Below are positions 40,701-52,700 of a DNA stretch of 64,000 bases, piece after piece. The first letter of the stretch is position 1. The number at the start of each line of letters is the position of its first letter. The notes under the pieces were generated by a model that searched no databases, was not told where the DNA came from, and saw only the letters and a program-made list of their open reading frames with translations. The translations under genes and the position numbers were made by a program. Origin of the DNA: Tubiluchus corallicola. Taxonomy: Eukaryota > Animalia > Priapulida. Location: positions 310,001 through 374,000 of the forward strand of contig JAQGDQ010000090.1 of NCBI GenBank assembly GCA_030141605.1, given 5' to 3'.

Positions 40701-43700
40701 ATAATTGCTTGTGGCTTCTTGAAAGGGCGAGTATCGAAAAGGTAAGTGACATATGTTGAGATTAGTTACAATTGCAAATGTTAGTCAAGTACACCTCTGT
40801 CACAGTGGACATGGACTGTGTGTGAGCTGATATTTGGATCTTCTTTGCCTTTTGTATATGGCGTCTTGAAATCACTCGCTGACAAAGATTCATTCAGATA
40901 TGTGTGCATTTCTTAATATTCCTGAGAAAAATTTTCGGTAATTTTCGTAGTTGGTTTAAGAACTCAATCGAAGTACAGACAAGCAGAGATATTGAAGTCT
41001 ACAAGGACGGGGGATTTGCATCTACACTCGTGATACCTGTTGTTGCAGTACGACATACTGGCAATTATACTTGTGTAGCTGAGAATGATGTATCTCACAC
41101 CAATTACACTGCAACACTTACAGTTGATGGTAAGCTATGTAAAATTTACCATTTATCATGGCCTCCCTCTTCTGCCATGTAATGTTGAATAGTTTTGCAA
41201 AATATGAGAAACAAAACAAAATGCCAGTGGGTGTTAGTTTTTGCTACGTTGATTGTCGATTATTTATGATACAGTACTTCTAGCTTCCAATCATTGTTTA
41301 AGGTAAGCTGTGTGAGCACACACTCAGAAAGCTGCTTTAACTTTTATGGTCACATCATGTTTGCCTTCATTGGGCTCGCAGTCTTTCAGCCATCTTTCGA
41401 AGAACTTCAAAAGCCTTATTAAATGCATTCAGGTTTTAAAGTACGTTCTTGTAATAGTTGGAAAAAGGACGGTGCAACACTTCTGACCGAAAACATTGAT
41501 GGTGTTTACATTGATGACCTGCGGGAATTCGCTTCGACACTAGTAATACCCAAAGTTAAACGAGTGCATGCTGGAAATTACAGCTGCATTGCCAAGAATC
41601 CAGCTGGACATGCCTCTTTTGTTTCTCAGCTAGCAGTGGATGGTAAGAATCTTTAATTCAGCACCAGGACTTGCAGAATACAAAAGCAGGATGGCCCTTT
41701 GAAAAATTTCACATTTGACGACGTTGTATTTCGCCAATGTTGTATTGTAGATGGTTAAAGGATGGCATGGAGTTGAGACCAAATTCAGATCTGGAGATTT
41801 CTCCTACACGTTATGCATCCACGCTTATTATTGCTAGCGTTAGACCTCTTCATGCTGGCAATTACACTTGCATAGCTCGAAATTCTGCCTTTGCAACTAG
41901 TTTCACGTCCACACTAATCGTCGATGGTAAGTTGTTCTTAGGCTCATGTGTAGTTGCCACTGTGTGGTGGATGGTCGAAACTTTCCTTTCCAGCTTTAAC
42001 ATTTGCTTCCTACCATAACTCATGCTGTTGTTACTAGTTGGTTCAAAGATGAAATGCATTTGACAAATGTGCAGTCACACTAATCGTTGATGGTAAGTTG
42101 TTCTTAGGCTCATGTGTAGTTGCCACTGTGTGGTGGATGGTCGAAACTTTCCTTTCCAGCTTTAAGATTTGCTTCCTACCATAACTCATGCTGTTGTTAC
42201 TAGTTGGTTCAAAGATGAAATGCATTTGACAAAAGTGCAGTCACACGTTGAAATAACTTCAACAAGGTTTGCTTCGATGTTAGTCATTCCTCGAGTGACG
42301 GCCAACGACAGTGCAATCTATACGTGTGTAGCATCCAACTCTGCATCCAATGCTTCGTTTTCCAGTCACCTTGCTGTTGACGGTACGTGTTTGATGATTA
42401 TGTCGATCATGTCGATTATGTCGATCATGTTATCGCTCGATTAGAAAACCAGATGCAAATTTTCTTTGTTGTTTGGTTTGTTTCAATGCTTGCAAGCGGC
42501 CAGTGTGTCCGTGGTGTCCAGTGCTTATTTGCAAAGACTAATTTTGTTAGCACTTAATTAATTACTGAGTTCGAGCTGTCATAATATTTCTGGAGAGGTT
42601 ATTTACTTGGATATGGCGATGCTGGTTACTACACGGATTTCTATATTTTCCAGTTTGCTTTAAGATGTCCACTAGGGGTGAGCATTCTCTAACGGAAAGT
42701 GAATTCGAATCTAATCGAATTCGAATCGAGATAAAAAGATTTTCGAACAAGTTTTTGAACCACCTGTAAAAATTTGTCTTACAAAGATCATGCATATTAC
42801 TCGATTATGTTCTACAGTACAACCACCAATAACTTGTTTAAAAACTGTGCACAGAGATCACAGCTAAATAATGCTAACTCCATGATGTTGCTATCGTTTT
42901 AATGATAAAGAACGTATGTGATTGAAGTGCTGAATTATTCGAATCTGTAGTTTTAGGTTCAAACTAAAAAACTTTCAAATCGAATTCGTACGTTCAATGC
43001 TCACCCCTAACGTTCACGTAGTTATGTAATGAGTTTGTCACAGTAGTCTGTTGTCTGTCATGAACAGATAAACTAGATTCCTTGCACACGTCATAAAAAG
43101 AGCTTTTCCTTGGCTTAGACTTATCAACATCATTCTGTACTTTTTTGTAAACATTCTGTAAGCATTTTCCACTATATAAGCAAGCAGTAAAATTTTCAGA
43201 GCCTTGTGCTTAGTTGAAGTGACGTCTTTTGGTCTTTTAATATCATTTGATACCACTATGTGTGGTGTGAGCTCTGCACTTCGCACAGTCCTTCCACTCT
43301 GTCATCTTCTCATACTGAGAAACTTTCCAAATTTTCATTATTGTTACTAGTTGGTTAAAAGATGGATCTGAAATCAGTTCCGATTCAGGCGTGCTGCTGC
43401 TTGTTCCGAATAAAGCAGCTTCGATGATAGTCATTGAGACTGTAAAACCAGATCACCATGGCAACTACACATGCATTGCTGAAAATGATGTGGCAATGAC
43501 TAGTTATACTAGTCAGCTTTTTGTTAATGGTATGTATAAATGGCAGAAAATTCAGCTGCTCCAGTGGTATATTTCTTGCATTGTACTGAGAAAACATATT
43601 GAATTTCAGTTGGTTAAAAGAACGTAAATTCATTGCTCCTAACTTGCGTGTAGAAGTTGTAAAACATAAAGCCGCATCTATGCTTGTTATTGGTTCTGTT

Positions 43701-46700
43701 ACTTCAAGCCACAGTGGAACGTACACTTGCCTTGCCTCTAATGCAGCAGGTCATGCCAGTCTGTCTGCTGAGTTAGTGGTGGATGGTATGTATTCATCAT
43801 CAACCTGCACCACATGTTTTCTTTATCATGTTTCTGCCATATTTCACCCAGCTGAATCATATTTTTGTGATTTTTGGCAACTAGTCTCAATAGTTTGATT
43901 TTTACCATGCAGTTGGACTAAAGATGGCAGATCGGTACCATCTCACTTGGGTGTGGAAATGTTTACTCCAAGTGAAGTTGCGTCAATGATCGTCATCAAG
44001 TCGGTTAGCGCCAATCATTCCGGTTCTTACTCTTGCACGGCTGAAAATGCAGCTGGTAAAATAAGCTTTAGTGCTGCCCTTATTGTGAATGGTAAGTTAC
44101 ATTCTTTGTTAACATTCAAACTAAATCCCTCCAGCAAGGTTTTCGTCTTTCATGCAGGTATATCAAAACATGTAGGTCCATAATCAACCTTGCCGTTAAG
44201 ATGATTTAATTTGTAAGAGTAGTGCAACTCAAGAATCAGTTGTTAAGTAACAGCTCTAGCCCAAGACTTGGTGAAATAATTCGTGGCATCTAGCTGATTG
44301 GTGAAGTACCAGAAGTTGTTGTTTTACCATCGTTTTGCTGTAACAAGTCTATTACGTAGGTGGCTGAAAGATAGGCAACATATTCCACTTAACTTGAATG
44401 TAGAGATTCACAACTCCAGCGTTGTAGCTTCTATGATAGTTATACAAAGCGTTTCGTCTTTTCATGCTGGGAATTATACATGCATTGCAGAGAATTCTGC
44501 TTCTCATACAGAATATACATCACAACTTCTAGTTGATGGTAAGCAGCATTATGCTGTCATTTGCAAGACATTTGTTATTACCTTTTTATTGATATTTGAT
44601 TATCAAACACCTTTGCCCGATTGCTTTAAGTTTGACTGCAATAATGAGGATTCAGATAGCATGTGTATCATTTATTTTCATCAAAAATGGAAAAGGTGAG
44701 TCGTTTATTTTTTTCATTTTTGTTTGCAATAAAGAAACAGACATTTGTAAACCTAGTAAAACTAGAGGTAAAGCAAATTTTCTTTTATACCTTGCAAGTC
44801 TAATTTTCCAAGACTTGGCAGACGGATGGTCATTTTTCCTTGAATGCCTTATGGCTGTTATCTATGTGTGTTTGTCTCTTGATAGCTGGCTTAAAGATGG
44901 CAAACCCATCGTTGATGACAAGTCAATCGAAAGTGTAGAAACTGACGTTTCGTCGATGTTGCTAGTACGGCGAGTGCGTCCTTATCATAGCGGCATTTAT
45001 ACATGTGTGGCCAGCAATAATGCCGCAGATACCAACTTTTCTGCTGAACTTGAAGTTGATGGTAAATTGCCTTCAGAAATTAGTCTCGACACTCATTTCA
45101 GCACTTTCTATAATAATAAGTCACATGGTTAGTGAGGTGGGAATGTGCTTGGATGCTGATCTTTTTACTGTGAGCCTTAAGGGCGCTTAGAACTTGATAG
45201 CATTCAGTTTCCTGTGTTTCTTAATTGCTGGAGTTGCCTTGGTAGGTTGATCCGTTAGAGTTATGTTGGCTGTTTCATCAGTTAAGATTGAATTATGTGT
45301 TCACGTTTTTGATTTCATTTGGTGATACAGTAATTTCTTGACTCATTTAGAAATCTTAATTTTTTGACAGTTTAGTTGTCTTTGAGTGTTTTGCAAAGTA
45401 GACAAATTAGTGACATGTATGGATTTTAAAACAAGCTACAATACAGTTTTGAAAGCATCTCTGACTTGAAGATTTGTGCTCCAAGACTTTGCAGGCCATT
45501 GGTAATTCTTTCCATGAATCCGCTCATTCATTTAATTCTACTGAATTTATCTCTCAATACATGGCTGAAGGCTGGAAACCTTCTTACTTCTAACACCTCT
45601 CATCTGCGCATTTTAAATCGTGAAATAAAACACATTTGATTATCCTGAAAAAGGCTCATTCTCCAAGACTTGGCAGACCACTAGCCATCTATCCTAGAAA
45701 CTTTTCACTTCTGTAATTCTCCTGAATTTATCGCCTAATTGCTGGCTGATAAATGGCAAACTTCCCTTCACCAGCATGTCTGTTGAGCGCATGGAAAGTG
45801 ATGTTTCATCTATGCTGCTAGTACGACAAGTGCGTAATTACCATAGTGGAAATTATACGTGCGTAACAAGCAATGGTGCTGCAGACATTTCACTGCTGAA
45901 CTTATAGTTAATAGTAAGTCTAAATTATGGAATGCATTTGTCAGTTGTGAGGGGAGCTTGGTCGTTTTTCATAGTAATATGGTGAGTAGTATATTGTTAT
46001 TTACAAATTGAAAGACAGTCAGCTTTTCACAAGTAGAAGTCAAAAATTGTAAATCAGTTTACTTATAGCCATTTACCTACCTATTTTTTAAACTTGAAAC
46101 GGGCATGCAACCTTGCAAATTATCTGTCTTTCTTTCAACCAGCAAAGCTTGTTGGCTTTGTCTAGTGTCCCTTTAAAAGTTCTGAACTTTTGCAGCTGGT
46201 ACAAAGATAGTCAACATATAGAAGCTGGTGAAGGCATTAAAATGATTGACGATGAATTTTCTTCAACCCTCGTCATTCGTCATATAACTGCTAGTCATTC
46301 CGGCTTTTATACATGTTCTGCCAGTAATCCCGTGTCTGTGTCTACATTTTCTGCAAGACTAGTTGTCGACGGTATGTTTTCACAATGGAAGTTACATGTG
46401 GTTCACACAAACTTTTTTATGTTCATTGTTTCTACATTTCCTTCATGTATCAAATCATCTAAATACTTATTTTAGAGTTAACAAATCAAATATCTTCTGA
46501 ATCGTTACTAAGTGTTTAGCAGAGGTGTGTAACCGTTTTTTCATCAGCTTACCTTCCTGAACAAAAGTGCACTGCAAAGGCCGTCTTTTAACCAGCTGCT
46601 TTTTCTGCATCTAGAACTTTCCGAAAGGTCATTTACATGTAATTATAGTTGGACCAAAAATGGCAAAGGTTTGGATATGATAAATGTTAAGATAATGGAA

Positions 46701-49700
46701 GATGAATTTGCTTCAACGTTAATCATTCGTGTAGTCAATGCGCAACATGGCGGGAATTACACATGCACGGCTGCCAATGCCGTCGCAGCTGTAAACTACA
46801 CAGCACATCTGACTGTATATGGTAATTATATTTTTAATTTCATTCACAAGACTGTCTTTCAACCAGCGAGTTGTAATCATGACAATTTTTCCACGTATAA
46901 TTCATTATCAACCTTTATAACAGTTGGCTCAAGAATGGCAGTCCTATCTCTTTGGAGGCCGTTATTGAATCAGCAACTGGTTTTGCCTCAACTCTTGTCA
47001 TCGCTTCTGTTAGTTCTCAACATAGTGGCAACTACACTTGCATTGCCGAAAATGCCGGTGGTAGTACAAACTACACTGCAAAATTGAAAGTAGATAGTAA
47101 GATTTTCCAAATTTGTATTTTGGAAGTTAGTGCAATGTATTGTGACATGACATTGCTATGAAAAGTGCTCGTCAGTCAGCTGAAGCTTTGCTTTGTTAGT
47201 TATAAACACTAGCAACAACTGCTGCTCCCAGTTTACCACTTGTGATGCAATCTTTCAACCAGTAAGTCAGCTTACCAATTGTGTTAGCAAAATAATTACC
47301 AAATTATTGACCAAACAAATTTAGCTTTTTACTTAAGTGAATACATAACAAAATTTATTAACAGTTGGTTAAAGGATCATACCACTGTTCCCTTGGATGT
47401 CATTGTTGCATCTGCTACACCATTCACTTCTACTCTTGCCATCAGTGCCGTGAGTCTTAAACACAGTGGCAATTACACCTGTTTTGCTGAAAATGCTGGC
47501 GGTAGCACAAACCACACCGCTGAGTTAAAAGTAGACGGTAAGGAATTTTTGTAAATAACTTAACTTGTTTGTTTTTCCTTACTTTTTGAGCTACATTGGA
47601 TTAGTAATGAGAGTGGATGGCTTAGAGGATTAATATCTTTAATAACGAGGTAGGTTCTGGTCCACTTCATCTTTTAAAGGACTGCTGACAGTCCTTGTCC
47701 TTCAATGTCTTTAGTGGGCAATGCCACTGATGCTAGATTATGCTTTGTAGTGTGTGCTGAACTGTATAAAAAATCATCATGGTACAACAACCATCAAAAC
47801 ATCAAGCACTGGGTGATTGCTTCTTTCAGCCAGCAATTTAACTATTTGTTTGTGCGAAAGTTTTTAGTTAGAATTCACCCAAAACACATTTATTAATAGT
47901 TGGTTGAAGGATAGTGCTTCAGTCGCTGCTGATGTGTTTGTCGTTTCGGCTACACCATTTGCTTCAACTCTAGTCATTCCTGCTGTTAGATTTGAACATA
48001 GTGGAAACTATACCTGCACTGCTGAAAATGCTGGTGGGAGTGCAAGTTACACTGCTAAATTGAAAGTAGATGGTAAGACTTTGCTGTTAGAATTGTAAAC
48101 CGACTTTTTATCATCTAGTACTGATTTGTACAGCCAGGTGCTTGTAATTCCCATGCAGCATCCACTGGAAATATTTATAAATGGCCAGAAGAACAGCCAT
48201 TACTAGAATTCAAATGTAAGGGCAAAGAAACAGCATTTTAGTAGTAAAATGATCAGACCTTGTTGCTAAGCCAGGTATGACAGAATTTCTTACAGTAGTG
48301 GTCCCTTCTCCAAATGCCTTTCAACCACTGAAGAAAAATTTGAAAAGTAACCATGTTAATCATAAATGCCACAGCCAAATTTTAATGTCATAGCTGGCTA
48401 AAGAATAATGGTGCCATTGATGCAGATGCCGTCATTGATCAATTGTCCTCAGGCTTTGCTTCAACACTTGTCATCAAAAGTGTTAGTTCTCTTCATGGTG
48501 GCACTTACAGTTGTATTGCAGAAAATTCTGCCGGTAGTGCGACTTATGGCACTGAGCTGAAAGTTGATGGTAAGTTGCTACACAGGTAACTTCAAGTGGG
48601 GTGGAAAACAGTTTGGTGCCGTCAACTGAGTCATTATCTCACGTAGAAAGTCTTTCAACCAGCACTGTAATTTACTAGCTAGAAAAGAAAGTATAAATTT
48701 AAAATGTTACGTAGTTGGTGGAGAAATAAAGGCGGCATTCCTGCAGATGCTGTTGTTGATACGTCAGCTACGGGTTTTGCATCAATGCTTGTCATCAAGA
48801 TTGCTAGCTTTCATCATAGTGGCAGTTATACTTGTATTGCTGAAAATTCTGCTGGTAGTGCGAGCTATACAGCTGAGCTGCAAGTTGATGGTAAGTTGGA
48901 GTTGCTCCTGTACTCATGAGTAGTAGGGTATTCAAGGAAAGGTGATTTATGTTGGCTCTCGTCTCCTTAACTCAGAAAGTCTTTCAACCAGCACCGTGTA
49001 ACTTAGGTTATCTAAAATACTACTAGAGAACACAAAGCATCAACATTTTTCATAGTTGGCTGAGGAACAATAATACAATTCCTGTGGATGCTGTCGTGGA
49101 AACTTCTGGCACAGGATTTGCATCAACCCTTGTTATCACAACTGTCGATTTTCGACATAGTGGCAATTATACCTGTATTGCTGAGAATGCTGGTGGTAGC
49201 ACATACTACATTGCTGAGCTCTTAGTAGATGGTAAGATATCTTTGCAATTTGAAGGGGCAGTTGAATTAAGGCAGTGGTTTGTCTATGTAGACCTCTCTC
49301 TTCTGTTGTACTTTCAGCTGGATTTTTGTTGGATTTACAGTCAGTGTTGTTAGTATTCAGCAATTTAGTTAGTATCTGAAATATCTTTTCCCAGAAGAAA
49401 ATTGGTTTGCTTTTCTAGGTTATTAAGGCTACCATCTTACCTTTTTTTGCTGCTTTGTTTTGTGTTTCTGGCAGTGGCAGATAGACCCAAAATGCCTTTT
49501 TCCTTGTCTTTTGCAACTGTTCTGTGGAATACTTAACTTTTAGGTGGTTAAAAAATGGCATTCGCGTTGTCTCAAATTCCAATATTAGAGTGTATCTGCA
49601 AGATGATTTTGCATCGACATTTGTCATAAGAGAAGTTCAGCAAAACAACAGTGGCAATTACACATGTATTGCGCAGAACTTAGCTGGAGCTACAGATTAC

Positions 49701-52700
49701 AGTGCATCTTTAATTGTGGATGGTAATTATACACTAACTATTACCATAGTCATACTGTTTATGTAGGTATGTCGTATTAGTTCTCTGCCGTCTTTTCCAG
49801 CTGAAAAAATGACCAGCTTGTACATGTAGTAGTTTAGCCTCACTGTTTAGTTGATAGATATTGTTCTCACTCGCTTAGCTGGCTAAAAGATGAAAATATT
49901 GTTCCATCCAACTTGGAGATTAGAATCTACAGTGAGGATGAGTTTGCTTCTATGTTGGTTATAAGGAAAGTTGGTGCTCAGCACTCGGGCAACTATTCTT
50001 GCATCGCAGAGAATGCAGTTGGAGAAGCAAACTATGTTGCACATCTAATTGTAGATGGTATGTTTGGTTATCTCAGTTTTGCAGTTTTTGTTTATTGCCG
50101 AGATGATCGCATGGGTAAACACATTTCTATTAGCTTGCATTCAATGTTATGTAAGTATGTATCTTTTTACTGGGCATTCTTTTTCCCAGCTGAAGAAATG
50201 GTTGTTTAGTAACTCGCACTCCTGTATTGATGAACGTTCTTGTTCATAGTTGGCTCAAGGGCTACCATAACATCCCCGCAAACCTGGATATTAGAATCAA
50301 CAACGATGAAGGGGTGGCCTCTATGTTGGTTATAAGGAAGGTTAGTGAACAGCACTCGGGCAACTATACATGTATTGCAGAGAATGCAGTTGGAGATGCC
50401 AGCTATGTTGCACAGTTAGTTGTAGATGGTACGTTTGACAACTTGTAAATATTCCGTTTGCCATTTAGGATGGTCACCTTTCTGTCAGCTGAATGTGACA
50501 AATTGTTGCCACGGTGACAGTGATTTATTGTTACATACCGAATGTTCTAACAGTATTCTCAGACACTTTGTTTATAACAAATTAGTTGGACATGGGACGG
50601 CAAATCTCTCGCCAAGGATGTTCATGTTGATGTATCTCCCATAGGGCTTGCATCCACTATCATCATTCCCTATGTAACTTCGCATCATTCTGGGCACTAC
50701 ACATGTATTGCTGAAAATGCAGTGGCAACTGCCACATATACTGCTGTCCTAAAAATTGACGGTAAGACTTTCTATCCCATACAGCTGGATAAAAGATGGC
50801 TTACTGGTTTTCCCCAGCAATTTGATTGAAGTTTCTCCCACCGAATTTGCCTCAACATTGATTATAAAGAGGGTGAATTCTGGCCACAGTGGAAATTATA
50901 CCTGCGAAGCTATTAATGCAGTAGCAGTGGCAAGATTTACAGCAGAACTCATTGTGGATGGTAAGCCTGGTGGTTTAACAACACTGCCATATTGTCGGGA
51001 CACATTTGAACACCAAGACTTCAAAATAAAAATTGCCTGTAAAAGCTAAAAGATGGATAACATTAAAAAACATATTATAGTTGGTTAAAAGATGGAACTG
51101 AGGTTCCTCATGGAGTTGAGCCAGAAATGTCACCCAGTGGCTTTGCGTCGATGCTTATTATACGCACAGTGTCTTCATATCATACTGGCATCTACACGTG
51201 CATAGCCCAGAATCAAGCTGGTAGTGCCAGCTATTCAGCTAGTCTCATTGTTGATGGTACGAGTTACATTTTGTCATTTTTTTGTCTGAATTAGTTGGCT
51301 TGCTAATAACGTGCGAGTAGTGCCGAGTGTTGTTGTTCAAATTGTACCGAGCGAATTCGCATCAACGCTTGTTATACGAAGTGTTGAATCTCATCACAGT
51401 GGTAATTACACTTGCGTTGCTGGTAACTCTGCGGGCTTTGCTATGTTTACTGCAGATTTAATGGTTGATGGTAAGACAGGTTCAAATACGCATGTTGGTT
51501 TTCTAGGCTGTTTTCTACTACGTTAGTTAGGTAATGAAAGTGGTTAATTAACGTAAACTATTGTGTCATTTAAATGCTTTTCTCATTGAAATTTATCTGA
51601 TTTGTTTTTCTTGATGAATTTAAAGGTAGTAACTTAAATGGCAAAGTGAAATTTTCGCATTCTTATTTTCGTGATATCCGTACACTTGTTTATGACATAT
51701 TTTTGAGAGATTATTTAATTCTTTCAGTTCCTCCATCTTGGATTACTGAACCAGAAAATACGTCGGTTGTTCTCGGGTCGGCAACGTACATTGATTGTGA
51801 AGCTGATGGCATGCCCAAACCAACCATCATCTGGCAAAAAGAATCGAGCGAATGTAATTAAAATGAAATTTTTATACTGTGAGAACTAAAGTTGTCATAC
51901 TAATAGTGGCTATTCTGTTTTAATACCAAAAATACTTGATATTTTGTTTGTTGTATGTTGAGATACTTTAAAAGTAAATTTGTAATACACTTTCAGTTAA
52001 AATTTCGTTAAAACTACCTTTCTGCATATGGATTTGATAAGTGGTTCAATAAATACTAATGTTATAGCAAGCATTAATTGGCTGCATGGCTTTACTGCTT
52101 ATTATTAAACGATTTTGCCAGTTTTGATGTTGTAAAATTTATAGAAAGTAGTTGTAATACCAAGTATTTTGAAACCAAAGTTGAGTCAAAATTTTAAAAA
52201 TAGCAAAAAAATAATTGCTAATTTTCAACAGAATAATTGGTGATTGTTTTAAAGTTCACTTTTTGATTTTACAATTAGTATCTTATAGCATCGGCATCAG
52301 ATTTACCTTTTTTTAGATGAGGATTACTTTGTTGACCTGGACCCAGATCACACGCATGTGTTTGAAAATGGAACACTTTTTATCGGCCAAATATCTGAAG
52401 AAGATGTTGGAAAATACATGTGCGAAGTATCGAATGGCGTTTCACCAGACATAAGCAAGCTTATTGGCATAACTGTGCATGGTACGATTCTTTTATAATG
52501 TATAATATATTATATATATATATATATTTATATATATAAAAACAGTGGTTGTGATGAAAAAAGTAACGCCTCTGTTCATGTGACTGATAAATTCATGCTT
52601 TCTGCAGTTCCGGCAAAGCTAGAAGATGGCGAGACAGAAGTTACAGTTGGAGTGGGGGAGAGCGCGACGTTAGAATGCTCCGCAAAAGGCGATGCACCTC

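Noticed and set aside
27049-51470. Arrays as RAG-type V/J gene segments, or as constitutive tandem Ig domains
   Set aside because: Every unit is bounded by AG/GT splice sites and I saw no regular heptamer-nonamer signals. All N-halves precede all C-halves, and serial inclusion breaks the frame.
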